The notes: generated from the letters alone by a model not told the origin. Counted from the stretch's first letter, positions 8,989 to 19,354 are shown. The stretch: 64,000 nucleotides of DNA from Clostridia bacterium (GCA_030537495.1 JAUNMH010000004.1:28509-92508); one strand, 5' to 3'. Program-made: numbers and translations.

Positions 8989-9885
8989 TTAGGATAATTT
9001 CTTATTTTTATTAAGGTTCATAATTACAATTGATGCAAGAACGCAGCAAATTCCAAATAATTTCCAGGGACCTGCGGCCTCTCCTAAAGCAATTATTCCG
9101 ATACACGCTGCCACTACTGTTTCTATAGATGCAATGACTGGAACTCTTGAAGTTTCTAGCTTCATAGACAATCCCTTCATGTAGAAGAAATATGAACCTG
9201 CTGTTGGAATAAGTCCGTAACCAATAGCTGCCATAACGAACTTCATATTCACTCCATTATCAAACATACGCCATGGTTTTATCACTGCTCCCAGCACTAT
9301 AGCACCAAAGAGGAAGCTGTAAAAGACAATGGTTAGGGGGTGATATTCATCCATAGTAGAGCTGATAATTGTCATTAGTCCGTAAAGGAATCCAGCCATA
9401 ACTCCTGCTGCTACACCGTATAATGAGAAGGTCAGACCTCCAAAGTTGCCATTTGTAACTGTTATTACGCTGCCACAAATATTAATTATCAGGGCAAGTA
9501 GCTTAATGGCACCTATTTTCTCCTTAAAGAAAATTCTGCTCATTATGCATACGAAAACAGGCGAAGTATATAGAAGTACCGACGCCGTTGCAACACCTAC
9601 GTTCCCAATGGCCTCGTTGTAGGAGAAATTGAACATTGCCTGACTGAACAGACCCAGAACAAGGCATAGTGCCAAGCCCTTCCCATCTATTCTAAATAGT
9701 TTCGGTCCACCGAATATGAACATTATAGGAACGATTAAAATAGCTCCGACTCCAATTCTAAGGAATGCTACTGTATAAGAGTCAGCTCCTAAACTCTGCA
9801 GTATACTTACGAAGAAGCCAATGCTTCCCCATAATACACCTGCAATGAGTATCATCAAATAGCCTTTATTTTTTTTCGACGCCAT
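8989..9885 (-). CDS. EamA/DMT-family transporter
   Basis: Two EamA repeats with ~10 TM segments. ATG overlaps the upstream TAA (TAATG coupling). Confidence 0.9.
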   Translation of the reverse strand: MASKKNKGYLMILIAGVLWGSIGFFVSILQSLGADSYTVAFLRIGVGAILIVPIMFIFGGPKLFRIDGKGLALCLVLGLFSQAMFNFSYNEAIGNVGVATASVLLYTSPVFVCIMSRIFFKEKIGAIKLLALIINICGSVITVTNGNFGGLTFSLYGVAAGVMAGFLYGLMTIISSTMDEYHPLTIVFYSFLFGAIVLGAVIKPWRMFDNGVNMKFVMAAIGYGLIPTAGSYFFYMKGLSMKLETSRVPVIASIETVVAACIGIIALGEAAGPWKLFGICCVLASIVIMNLNKNKKLS

Positions 9886-11087
9886 TAACAAATCCCTTCT
9901 TCAAACTCTTTCTTCATCCTGCTCATCAGCTCACTGTCCTGACACAGTTCTACTGCTGTAAGAGAGAATCCCTCGATTACCTGTTCCATCTTTCTATATG
10001 CGGCCTCTGAATTAACAATCTTAAGCGCCGAGGGATCATGAACAACGCATGTATATTCACCCTCTGGATCCACTTCAAAATATAAAGTCGGACAGATGTA
10101 ACTTACATTTCCTAGATCTGACGAACCCGGAGTCAAGTACTCGTATCCTGGCACAAAATCCTTAATTCCACATTCAGTAAGGTTTTTCTGAACACAAGCA
10201 ATAAGTTCCTTGTTATTTCTAATATCGTCGTAAGGATTCTCGTAATGTCTATATTCCATTTTTGCTCCTGGAATCAGGGCAGCGCCTTCGGCTATGCGAA
10301 TTACTTTTTCCTGTACTTCTCGCATATATTTTCTATCTAACGCTCTCACTGAAATCTGACACTGGGCGAAATCCGGAACAATATTTGGAGCCTCGCCTCC
10401 ATGAGTAATAATTCCATGAATTCTCGCATCGCTTCTTACATGCTGTCTAAGGGAATTAATTCCACTGAACAAATGAAGAACACCATCTAGTGCGTTAATC
10501 CCCTGCTCTGGGAACTGTGCTGCATGTGAAGCTTTGCCATAGTAACTGAATTCTAGTGAATCCATTGCCAGTGTCTTCGTTTCCAAGCAAGACGCTTCTG
10601 CCAAATGTGCCTGAAGTACTACATCACAATCGTCGAAAGCACCTACCTGACAAAGATTATACTTGCCTCCTGTGCTTTCTTCTGCTGGTGTTCCGATAAC
10701 CTTTACTACGAGGCCTAACTCCTCTGCTAGTTTTGATAAAACCACGCCGCACCCACACATTGTGGCCGAAATCCAGTTGTGACCGCATGCGTGAGCAGGC
10801 TCACCATTTGGGCCGTAACCTGGTAGCGCGTCGTACTCCGCCGGAAAACCGATGGTAAAGTGTGCCGCCTCCTTGTTGCCGTACTCAGCTACGAAAGCTG
10901 TTGGCATTTCTTCCACTGGAAAAGAAACAGTAAAGCCTTGAGTCTTCAAATATTCTGTCAGGTACTTAGCAGCTTTTACTTCTTCTTCGCCAAGCTCAGG
11001 ATTGTTGAAAATATAATCGCTGATTAGTTCGAAATCTCTAATGTTGTCTGCTACGATAGCTTTTATACGTTCAGAAATCTGTGTCAT
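9885..11087 (-). CDS. M20D-family amidohydrolase (AbgB/ACY1L2-like)
   Basis: AEYDALP, HACGHN, GTPAEE, GKASHAA, GGEAPNIVPD and GSSDLGNVS motifs. AAGGAG RBS before ATG 11087. Confidence 0.9.
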   Translation of the reverse strand: MTQISERIKAIVADNIRDFELISDYIFNNPELGEEEVKAAKYLTEYLKTQGFTVSFPVEEMPTAFVAEYGNKEAAHFTIGFPAEYDALPGYGPNGEPAHACGHNWISATMCGCGVVLSKLAEELGLVVKVIGTPAEESTGGKYNLCQVGAFDDCDVVLQAHLAEASCLETKTLAMDSLEFSYYGKASHAAQFPEQGINALDGVLHLFSGINSLRQHVRSDARIHGIITHGGEAPNIVPDFAQCQISVRALDRKYMREVQEKVIRIAEGAALIPGAKMEYRHYENPYDDIRNNKELIACVQKNLTECGIKDFVPGYEYLTPGSSDLGNVSYICPTLYFEVDPEGEYTCVVHDPSALKIVNSEAAYRKMEQVIEGFSLTAVELCQDSELMSRMKKEFEEGIC

Positions 11088-11117
11088 AATACTGGCTCCT
11101 TTCCTTTTCATACTTGA

Positions 11118-11170
11118 AGTATATCACCGATTGCGAAATCAATAAAGTCATTTTTCATATTTTGAAAAAT
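11118..11170 (-). promoter_or_regulatory. sigma70 promoter of the M20-eamA unit with a palindromic operator just upstream of -35
   Basis: TTTATT-17-TGaTATACT. Palindrome ATTTTTCA-TATTT-TGAAAAAT at 11150-11170. Confidence 0.6.
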
Positions 11171-11200
11171 TTTTTTCTTCCAGCGTAATCAAAACCCCCA

Positions 11201-11250
11201 AATTCTTCGAAATCCTTCGAACTTTATCGAAATCCTTTGAACTCCTTCGA
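11201..11250. repeat. Five tandem 10-bp units, consensus A(A/C)TCCTTCGA
   Basis: aattcttcga aatccttcga actttatcga aatcctttga actccttcga, flanked by ACCCCCAA / TTGAGGGT. Confidence 0.9.
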
Positions 11251-11270
11251 ACTTGAGGGTAATTTATGCC

Positions 11271-12107
11271 TTATTCCTGTCCTGTAATTCTGTCGTACTT
11301 CTTTAAGAAGCATTCTGCCCTCTCTGGAGCCATTTCTTTAAGTTTCATAAGCAAGATGTCGCAGAAATACATTGATAATATCGGCGAATTGAAGAAGGTA
11401 TCCACGGAGCTCTTAGTCTTCACATAATCAGTTTCCACGCCAAAAACTCTCGCAGTAATGTCTGAATCTGTTATCATAAACATCTTTGCTCCAGTTTCTT
11501 TTATATACTCTCCAAACCAAAGATCACTTTCCTGCACCGATGGGAAACAAGTAAAAATAACGAAGTCATTTTCAGTCATTCCAATGACTCTATCTTTCAA
11601 GGCAATGCCCTCTTGGCCAACGAATACTGTGCGTATGCCCATAATTGGCAGGTAATTGTACAAATATTCGCAAAGAATTCTGTCACTTCCCAAACCGTGA
11701 ACATATACCGTATCAGCATCCAGAATGTTTCGGCAAAGTCTTTCCAGCATCTCCACATCCAACTTCTCACAAAACATTCTCGCGTCATTTTCCAAATGCG
11801 TATAATAGTCAGAAATCGCGTTATTATCCAAAATGGTATAAGTGTTATGGCTTTTGGATGAAACTCTCTTAACAATTGAGTGCTCGTCTTTAAGCTCGTT
11901 CCTTACCTGCAAGAATCCCTTGTATCCCAGGGTTTTAGCAAAACGAACAACGGTAGCTTCGCTAACTCCTGCATTTCTGGCTAAATCCCCACCTGAAAGA
12001 GCAAGAACTTCTTTGTAATGGTCTACCACATATTTAGCAACCTTTTTCTCCTGAGTAGAAAACATTTCATAGTCTTCTATAATTCTGTCTTTTAATATTT
12101 TTTTCAT
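11271..12107 (-). CDS. MurR/RpiR-family transcriptional regulator
   Basis: LARNAGVSEATVVRFAKTLGYKGF HTH followed by an SIS domain. Confidence 0.92.
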   Translation of the reverse strand: MKKILKDRIIEDYEMFSTQEKKVAKYVVDHYKEVLALSGGDLARNAGVSEATVVRFAKTLGYKGFLQVRNELKDEHSIVKRVSSKSHNTYTILDNNAISDYYTHLENDARMFCEKLDVEMLERLCRNILDADTVYVHGLGSDRILCEYLYNYLPIMGIRTVFVGQEGIALKDRVIGMTENDFVIFTCFPSVQESDLWFGEYIKETGAKMFMITDSDITARVFGVETDYVKTKSSVDTFFNSPILSMYFCDILLMKLKEMAPERAECFLKKYDRITGQE

Positions 12108-12183
12108 CTTTTCTTCCTATGCCGTTAAACTTCACTGTAACTAGTTAATGCTTTAAAATAAATCGCACCATTTATTAATCTAT

Positions 12184-12238
12184 ATAATAGCATCATTCTA
12201 TGCTAATGTGCAAATTATTTTTCACGTTATGTAAAGAT
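12184..12238 (-). promoter_or_regulatory. sigma70 promoter of rpiR with a second copy of the operator motif
   Basis: TTGCAC-18-TATTAT. ATTTTTCA-CGTTA-TGTAAAG at 12217-12236. Confidence 0.55.
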
Positions 12239-12275
12239 TTCAGTTTTAGTACAGGGCAAAAGCAGGTCGAAGACA

Positions 12276-12316
12276 GTGAAAGAGCCGGACGGATTCTCCT
12301 CCGCCGGCTCCTTCAC
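12276..12316 (-). terminator. Probable terminator of Opp operon 1
   Basis: GTGAAAGAGCCGG / CCGGCTCCTTCAC stem. Confidence 0.7.
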
Positions 12317-12385
12317 CTTAGTTTTATATATGAGTTTTAGACATCAGAGAATTTCAATTTTGAAATTGAAATTCTTTTCTCGATC

Positions 12386-13942
12386 TTAGAAAGACATATC
12401 TAAGAAAACAGATGTTCCATCTGCAAGTACCTTATATCCCTTAAGGTCACTTGTGTATGCAGTATATGACAATTCTTCAACTAATGGTAAAATGTTTACA
12501 TTCTTGTACATCATTAGCTGTAATTCGCCTACGATTTTAGATCTCTTTTCAGGATCCGGTTCTGAAGCAACCTTATCTCTTAATGCTTCGAACTCTGGCG
12601 TTATAGTTGGGTTGTTTGTCTTATCATAGAAGAATGTGTTAAATAAAAGCATAGGTTCAGCCCACTGTAAGGCTTCTATACCAGTGTCATAATTGTTTGA
12701 AGAAATCTTTTCGTAGATATAGTTCCAGTCAAGAGTTTCGATATTAAGCTTGAATCCAACCTTCTTTAACTGGTCAGCCATTTTCTGAATCATGTCTGTT
12801 GCGCTATCCCATGAGTAGAATGTGAACTCTAACTTCTTTCCATCTTTTTCAAGATATCCGTCACCATCAGTATCTTTCCAACCTGATTCTGCTAACAATT
12901 TCTTAGCCTGGTCTACGTCATTGGTTAAGTTTTCTGTGAACCACTTTTCAGCGTCTTCGCTGGAGCACTGAACCTTGCTGATAACCAATGAGTTTGCTGG
13001 AGCAAGCATGCCATCAGAAGTTTCAGCTATTGCTTTTCTGTCAATGGCAAGTGCTAATGCCTTTCTTACATTGATGTCCTGGAAGATGCCTTTGTCAGTA
13101 TTTAATTCAAAGTAATCAATTGAAGGGTATGACGTATCAACGATTTCGATTCCATCAACGTCCTTAAGTTCCTGATACATGTCTCCAGAAAGACTATTTA
13201 AGAAATCAAAATTACCACTCTTGAATTCCTCGGTCTCAGTGAATTCTTCTACATTAAATTTAAGATCCACGTTTTTGATCTTCATTACTCCGTGGTTTTC
13301 AGCAAGCGGATTGTTGCAGCTCCATCCCTCGTTTGCAACCAACTTTACTTCGGAACCGGAAACGTAGTCGTCAATAGCATATGGTCCATACGGATGTGAT
13401 TTCCACATTAATTCATCCTTTGACATTTTGTCTAATTCATCCTTATCGATGACTACAAGGAAACCACTTGTCAGATAATACTCTAGTTCTGATCTGTACT
13501 GGCTTAAGTGCATTGTAACAGTTCTTCCGTCAACATCCATGCTCTTGATGTTCATATAACCACTGTTATATGGGCTGACTTTCTGACCGTGCTTAATCGA
13601 TGCAACAACGTCTTCTGGTTCAACCTGCTCTCCTGTTGAATATTTCATCCCTTCAGGAACATCGAAGGTTGCAGTCTTTCCGTCCTTACTTACCTTCCAA
13701 TTTGTACACACGTAGTCTACAATCTTACCTTCATCTGGATCCCACTGGAATAAAGGTGCTGCTACCATGCCTGTGAAATTAGCTGTGCTGTCTAACTGAT
13801 AAGCGTCAATTCCGTACCATTCACTGTCTGTTCCGACAAAAGTGTCCTTCGCACTCTTTTCGCCATCGTCGCCACCGCCGCAGGCAGTCATAGTAAATAC
13901 CATCGCGAAGATTAGGCCTAATGCTAACAATTTCTTTTTCAT
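12386..13942 (-). CDS. oppA: Peptide ABC transporter substrate-binding lipoprotein (family 5), system 1
   Basis: Lipobox MTACGG. PYGPYAI, VRKALALAIDR and AKKLLAESGW motifs. Confidence 0.92.
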   Translation of the reverse strand: MKKKLLALGLIFAMVFTMTACGGGDDGEKSAKDTFVGTDSEWYGIDAYQLDSTANFTGMVAAPLFQWDPDEGKIVDYVCTNWKVSKDGKTATFDVPEGMKYSTGEQVEPEDVVASIKHGQKVSPYNSGYMNIKSMDVDGRTVTMHLSQYRSELEYYLTSGFLVVIDKDELDKMSKDELMWKSHPYGPYAIDDYVSGSEVKLVANEGWSCNNPLAENHGVMKIKNVDLKFNVEEFTETEEFKSGNFDFLNSLSGDMYQELKDVDGIEIVDTSYPSIDYFELNTDKGIFQDINVRKALALAIDRKAIAETSDGMLAPANSLVISKVQCSSEDAEKWFTENLTNDVDQAKKLLAESGWKDTDGDGYLEKDGKKLEFTFYSWDSATDMIQKMADQLKKVGFKLNIETLDWNYIYEKISSNNYDTGIEALQWAEPMLLFNTFFYDKTNNPTITPEFEALRDKVASEPDPEKRSKIVGELQLMMYKNVNILPLVEELSYTAYTSDLKGYKVLADGTSVFLDMSF

Positions 13943-13991
13943 CTTCGTTCTCCTTTTCTTAAAGTTAAACTTTGAGATTGACTCTCTCCTA

Positions 13992-14969
13992 TCACATATC
14001 CAGAGGGTGGAAGCAGGCTACCATGTGTTCCTTTGTAACCATGCGATTCTCTGGCATCGTGGTCTTACATTCCTCTGTGGCATATTTACATCTGTCACAG
14101 AATCTGCATCCCTCACCTATTTTAATAAGGCTTCCAGGGTCACCCTTAAGAAGTTCTTTTTTGCGTTCTCTCAATCTAGGATCAAGAACTGGTGCCGCAT
14201 CAAGAAGACCCCTGGTATAAGGATGCATAGCGTGATCTGCAATTTCCTCTGTAGGTCCGAACTCAACAAGTCTTCCCAAATACATAACTGCAATTTTATC
14301 ACTAATATATTTTATGACATTTAGATCATGGGTTATTACCAAATAGGTCAGACCCATTTTTTCCTGTAAATCAAGCAAAAGATTCAAAATCTGAGCTTGA
14401 ACAGAAATGTCCAGTGCACTGGTAGGCTCATCTAGTATCATGATTTTAGGATTAAGTGCCAATGCTCTTGCTATAGCAATTCTCTGAAGCTGTCCTCCTG
14501 ATAGCTGATGTGGATAGCTGTTAAGATATCGTCTATCCATCTTTACCATGTCTAAAACTTCCCCAGCTCTTTTTCTCGCCTCAGCTTTGGGCACTCCATG
14601 AATAATCATTGGTCTCATGATGGAAGATTCTACAGTGTCTCTTGGATTTAAGTTTGCTGCAGGATCCTGGAAAACTACTGCTACTTCACTTCTTAAATGC
14701 TTAAGTTCCTTTCCCTTTAGCTTCGACGGATCCTTACCATTAATACTCATAGTTCCACCGGTTTTTTTAGTCAGATTCAGTAAAACTCTTGCAAGTGTGG
14801 TTTTACCACTTCCTGACTCTCCTACCAGGCCAACTATTTCTCCTTTATTGATTGAAAGAGAAATATCATCTACCGCCTTTGCATACGTTGTCTGGGTTTT
14901 GATAATTCCCTTGGTTATGGAGAAGTACTTCTTCATTCCGTCAAGTCTAATGATTTCCTGATTTTCCAT
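13992..14969 (-). CDS. oppF: Oligopeptide ABC ATPase (OppF/DppF), system 1
   Basis: [35 protein letters not shown] and C-terminal GCRFCDRC. Confidence 0.93.
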   Translation of the reverse strand: MENQEIIRLDGMKKYFSITKGIIKTQTTYAKAVDDISLSINKGEIVGLVGESGSGKTTLARVLLNLTKKTGGTMSINGKDPSKLKGKELKHLRSEVAVVFQDPAANLNPRDTVESSIMRPMIIHGVPKAEARKRAGEVLDMVKMDRRYLNSYPHQLSGGQLQRIAIARALALNPKIMILDEPTSALDISVQAQILNLLLDLQEKMGLTYLVITHDLNVIKYISDKIAVMYLGRLVEFGPTEEIADHAMHPYTRGLLDAAPVLDPRLRERKKELLKGDPGSLIKIGEGCRFCDRCKYATEECKTTMPENRMVTKEHMVACFHPLDM

Positions 14970-15944
14970 TTAGAAGTCCTCCTTTCCATATTTATGGCAA
15001 CGGCAGAAGTGGGACTCGCTAATATTTACAGGTTGCGGAGTCTCACTGAAGCAAATTTCCTTTGCATATGGACATCTGTTTGCAAATCTACACCCTTGCT
15101 TCTTTTCTGTAATTCTTGGAACGGAACCTTCAATAATTTGCAGTCTGCCATCCTTCTTAGTGCCACTTGGAAGGGCCTTCATAAGTAGATTAGTATATGG
15201 ATGTACGGGATTTTCAAATATTTCGAAAACATCACCTGATTCAACCATTTCCCCTGCGTACATAATTCCAATCTTATCTGCAATTTCTGCTACAAGTCCA
15301 AAGTTATGGGTAATAAGCATTATCGCAGTGTTAAATTCTGCTCTCAGTTGTTTCAAAATTTCAAGGATCTGCGCTTCAATTGTTACATCAAGAGCTGTTG
15401 TAGGCTCATCTGCAATAAGTAGTTCAGGGTTTCTTGACAGCATCATGGCAATCATTACACGCTGTCTCATTCCGCCTGAAAGTTCGTGTGGAAAGCTCTT
15501 TGTTCTTTCTTCCGCATCAGGCATCTTAACATCCTTAAAAAGCTTAATAACCCTGTTCCAAGCCTCTGTTTTATCAACCTTATCAAGTAGAATAGCTTCT
15601 GCTGTCTGATCACCTACTGTATATACCGGATTCAGAGAGTCTAGCGGGTTTTGGAAAATCATTCCTATTTCCTTACCTCTGATTCCCTCCATTTCTTTTT
15701 CTGTGCATTTCCTTAAGTTCTTGCCTTTGAAAATAATATCTCCCGTAATTGTTGCATTATTTCCCGGCAGCAGGTTCATTATACTGTGCGCTACTGTAGA
15801 TTTGCCGCATCCGGACTCACCTACGATGGCAAAAACCTCACCTTTATTAATTACACAATTAATATCATTTACTGCGGAAAGATATCCATCTTTAACTTTA
15901 TAATCAATGGATAGATGATTTAGTCTCAATAATTCCTCACTCAT
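14970..15944 (-). CDS. oppD: Oligopeptide ABC ATPase (OppD/DppD), system 1
   Basis: GESGCGKS, FPHELSGGMRQRVMIA and [11 protein letters not shown]. Confidence 0.93.
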   Translation of the reverse strand: MSEELLRLNHLSIDYKVKDGYLSAVNDINCVINKGEVFAIVGESGCGKSTVAHSIMNLLPGNNATITGDIIFKGKNLRKCTEKEMEGIRGKEIGMIFQNPLDSLNPVYTVGDQTAEAILLDKVDKTEAWNRVIKLFKDVKMPDAEERTKSFPHELSGGMRQRVMIAMMLSRNPELLIADEPTTALDVTIEAQILEILKQLRAEFNTAIMLITHNFGLVAEIADKIGIMYAGEMVESGDVFEIFENPVHPYTNLLMKALPSGTKKDGRLQIIEGSVPRITEKKQGCRFANRCPYAKEICFSETPQPVNISESHFCRCHKYGKEDF

Positions 15945-15958
15945 TATCTTTCCCCCCC

Positions 15959-16810
15959 TTACTGTGATTTCATATGCGGATCCAATAGGTCTCTTAAGCC
16001 TTCACCAAGAAGATTGAATCCGAATGTTGTATATACTAGAGCGATACCTGGATATAAACTTAACCAAGGAGCTCTTGTAATATCTTTAATTCCATCTGAG
16101 ATTGCAAGTCCCCAGTCCGGTGAAGGTGGCTGTGAACCTAGTCCTAAGAAGGATAAAGTTGTTGTTGACATAATTGTTCCAGGTAGATTCAATGAAACTA
16201 AAACAATCAATGAAGGAACAATGTTTGGCAAAATGTAGCGGAACATGAGTGCAGTGTTTGATTCGCCAAATGCTTTTCCTGTCTCTACAAAGGCCATATT
16301 TCTCAGCGACAAAGTCTTAGCTCTTACAGTTCTGGCATAGCTTGCCCACGCAACTAACGAAATTGCAATAATTGTGTTAGTCAGACCTTTTCCAAGAATT
16401 GTTACAACTGCTAGTGCCAAGATAGTACCTGGAATACACCATGTAACGTCTGTCATAAATAGCAGAACCCTGTCTACCCACTTGCCGAAGTATCCGCATA
16501 GAAGACCTACAACAACACCAATTATCAGCTGCAACGAGCCACCAAGGAAGGCTACCCAAAGCGCTGTTCTAGAGCCATAGATTACTCTCGATAATACATC
16601 ACGTCCTAGCTGGTCAGTTCCGAAAAGGAACTCTGAACATGGCGGAGTAAATCTTGTGCCAACATTTTGCTCTGCGTAATCATAAGGAGCAATAACATTT
16701 GCAAAAATAGCTATTAAAATGATACTAACTAGAATGAAAAGTCCTATCATAAAACTCTTATTTTTACGGCATTCATTCAATGTCTCTTTCCACTTCTTGT
16801 TTTCTTCCAT
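15959..16810 (-). CDS. oppC: Oligopeptide ABC permease (OppC), system 1
   Basis: GTDQLGRDVLSR, EAA-like loop, LSFLGLG and PDWG. Confidence 0.93.
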   Translation of the reverse strand: MEENKKWKETLNECRKNKSFMIGLFILVSIILIAIFANVIAPYDYAEQNVGTRFTPPCSEFLFGTDQLGRDVLSRVIYGSRTALWVAFLGGSLQLIIGVVVGLLCGYFGKWVDRVLLFMTDVTWCIPGTILALAVVTILGKGLTNTIIAISLVAWASYARTVRAKTLSLRNMAFVETGKAFGESNTALMFRYILPNIVPSLIVLVSLNLPGTIMSTTTLSFLGLGSQPPSPDWGLAISDGIKDITRAPWLSLYPGIALVYTTFGFNLLGEGLRDLLDPHMKSQ

Positions 16811-17757
16811 TAATTATCACCACCACTCAAAGATAATCTAATCCTTGGATCAAGAATTCCCATAATAATATCACTAAGTAGGTTACAGATAACTGTTAAT
16901 ATAGTGATAAATAGCAAAACCGCCTGCACAACTGGCATGTCCTGAACAATAATAGAGTTCAGGAGTAGATTTCCCATTCCTGGTAATCCAAATATTTTTT
17001 CAATAACAACGGCTCCTGAAATCAGCCATGGAATTGACATAAATACTAAAGTAGTTATTAGGATAAGCGCGTTACGTAGCACATGCTTAACCATTACGTT
17101 TTTCTTCGATACACCCTTTGCATAAGCTGTAGTAACATATTTTTCATTCATTACGTCCAAAACTTCACTTCGAGTAATACGAAGAGTCGCTCCCATGCCG
17201 CCCAAAACCGTTGTTGCGACTGGTAAAATAAAGTGTGCCGGCGTCGAATATCCGCTTATCGGTAGTACTCTCAAATCTACGGCAAAGAAAATTATAAACA
17301 AAGCTCCCAGCCAAAATGAAGGAATTGCTGTTAAAAGAAGTGAAAAGTTTACAGTAAATCTGTCAAAAATCTTATCCTTCTTCATGGCACACAATAATCC
17401 CAAAGGGATTGCTAGAACAAGTTCCCAAAACATTGCCCATCCACATAACTTTAAGCTATATGGAATTCTAGCCATCATAAGGTCAGTTACCTGACTCTTA
17501 TATCTTACTGAGTTTCCGAAATCCCCATGTAAAACCTTGTTTGACCAGTCAAAATACTGAACCATAAGAGGTCTGTCGTACCCTAGTTCATGAGCTAATT
17601 CAGCCTTTCTCTCAGCAGTAACCTTACGGTCAACGACGATGTCGATAGGATCTCCCGGCATCATGTACATTAGGCAGAAGGTCAAGAAAGAAACAACTAT
17701 AACCAATAACACGCCTAATAAAATTTTCTTAATTACATAATCTTTAATAGTAATCAC
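16810..17757 (-). CDS. oppB: Oligopeptide ABC permease (OppB), system 1
   Basis: MPGDP, HGDFGNS, YVTTAYAKG and GAVVIEKIFGLPGMG. Confidence 0.93.
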   Translation of the reverse strand: MITIKDYVIKKILLGVLLVIVVSFLTFCLMYMMPGDPIDIVVDRKVTAERKAELAHELGYDRPLMVQYFDWSNKVLHGDFGNSVRYKSQVTDLMMARIPYSLKLCGWAMFWELVLAIPLGLLCAMKKDKIFDRFTVNFSLLLTAIPSFWLGALFIIFFAVDLRVLPISGYSTPAHFILPVATTVLGGMGATLRITRSEVLDVMNEKYVTTAYAKGVSKKNVMVKHVLRNALILITTLVFMSIPWLISGAVVIEKIFGLPGMGNLLLNSIIVQDMPVVQAVLLFITILTVICNLLSDIIMGILDPRIRLSLSGGDN

Positions 17758-17766
17758 TTCCTTCCA

Positions 17767-19176
17767 TTATTCCACTCTCTGGTAGAATCTGGTATAGCAC
17801 CTTACTGCCCAAGCCTTTCCTTCTCTTATAAAGAACTTGAAGGTGCTAATCCTTCTGTTAGGGTCACCATCTATAACCGCTGCAAATACCGTTCCGCCAC
17901 AGTGTAACAGTTCTACATCGCGATCAGAATATTTCGCCTTAAGTTTGCCATCCTCGTATCTTACAACGGCATGGGCAGGAACCCCTTCCTTGCAAAGGAA
18001 ATCTCCGCATAGGGCTTCCGGCATAGTAAATTCCGTACCAGTCGGTTCTGCCCACCTCAACGGCTCAGTGTAGTCCCAACCGTTAACAAAACCGTAACAG
18101 CCCCAAATAAAGTTGTCCATGTCAAACTCACCAGCGTTACAGAGAACGGCCATTGAATATCCATTACTTGTAAATCCGCCGTGACTGGATACTCCATGTA
18201 AGCCCCCAGAGTGTTCACAAACAACAATGTCTTTTACTCTTCTCTTGTCCAGTCCACAGCAATAATAAGGTTCTTTCTGTACAGGGAATCTATCTCCAAC
18301 CATTAGTTCAACAGCCTCCGCTGGAATAACCTGTTTTCCTTCATGTATCCCCTTATTGCAAAGACACATGTAATAAGCAGACATGTCCTTTGAAGTCGAT
18401 TTTACACAAGCGCAACCTCTGAATGGTGGAAGAACTGACCAGTTATCATCTTCTATGAGATTGCCGTCATCCAGCTCGAAAAGTGAAGTGATATTTCCAC
18501 CAGATAGTTTTCTCGCTTCACTGCAATCCAAATCCAAGATGCTGCGTGTCATGCCAATAGGTTTGAACACCCTCTCCATTAAGAAATCCTCCAATGGCAT
18601 TCCTGCAGCTTGATCCACAACATACGAAAGAATCGCATAGCCCTCATTAGAATAACTCATATATTCGCCAGGCATTCCTAAAGGAACATAATCCCCCTTG
18701 GAAATATATTCTACAATCTGCTCAATCTTGTCCATTTTATTAGGAGAAGTCTTAAGCATATGTCTATACCAAGAAGAGTCTCGCTCTATGCTATTCATGG
18801 CAATAGACCACTCTAGGGGTTCCATAGGCGGAATACATGCACGATGCTGCATCATCATATCAACCGTGATACACTCATCTGGTACTCCTGGAACTTTAAA
18901 GTCGGGAAAATACTTATTTATAGGGTCATCGAGGCTCATCTTGCCCTCAACATGCAAAATGCAGCACGCCAAAGCTACCATCGATTTACTCATAGACGCA
19001 ACCCCAAACATGGTATCTGTGTCTACATCTGTGTTTCTTTCGATACTTCTCTTTCCATAGGCCTTATCGAAGATTATACCCTCCGGTCCACGAATAGTTA
19101 CCGACACGCCTGGGTATTTTCCTTCTTCTACAAGTCTGCAAAGATAATTATCAAAACCTACTGAGTCGTATTTCAT
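17767..19176 (-). CDS. Cytoplasmic serine hydrolase of the beta-lactamase class C / D-aminopeptidase (PbpE-like) family
   Basis: SxxK (ASMSKS), YSN and HSG triad motifs. No signal peptide. Confidence 0.88.
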   Translation of the reverse strand: MKYDSVGFDNYLCRLVEEGKYPGVSVTIRGPEGIIFDKAYGKRSIERNTDVDTDTMFGVASMSKSMVALACCILHVEGKMSLDDPINKYFPDFKVPGVPDECITVDMMMQHRACIPPMEPLEWSIAMNSIERDSSWYRHMLKTSPNKMDKIEQIVEYISKGDYVPLGMPGEYMSYSNEGYAILSYVVDQAAGMPLEDFLMERVFKPIGMTRSILDLDCSEARKLSGGNITSLFELDDGNLIEDDNWSVLPPFRGCACVKSTSKDMSAYYMCLCNKGIHEGKQVIPAEAVELMVGDRFPVQKEPYYCCGLDKRRVKDIVVCEHSGGLHGVSSHGGFTSNGYSMAVLCNAGEFDMDNFIWGCYGFVNGWDYTEPLRWAEPTGTEFTMPEALCGDFLCKEGVPAHAVVRYEDGKLKAKYSDRDVELLHCGGTVFAAVIDGDPNRRISTFKFFIREGKAWAVRCYTRFYQRVE

Positions 19177-19217
19177 AATCTCTTTCCTTTCAGTTTTCTT
19201 GTATATCTAATCAAATA

Positions 19218-19233
19218 AGCAATTTATATGCCA
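19218..19233 (-). promoter_or_regulatory. sigma54 promoter for the serine hydrolase-opp1 operon
   Basis: TGGCAT-ATAAA-TTGCT. Confidence 0.85.
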
Positions 19234-19354
19234 TTTCCTAATATTCTTGATTAAACTGTGTAATTTAGCGGTGTACTTAATTCACTGTAATAACATCGTA
19301 TTTTCAAAATACATATTTTATGGCACATTCAATCCTATTAAACCCTATTAAAAT

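Noticed and set aside
17767-19176. Antibiotic-resistance beta-lactamase
   Set aside because: It has no signal peptide and heads a peptide-import operon, so a D-peptidase or esterase role fits better.
19321-19336. Ninth sigma54 promoter (TGGCAC)
   Set aside because: There is no TGC at the -12 position, and it points into the end of a convergent gene.
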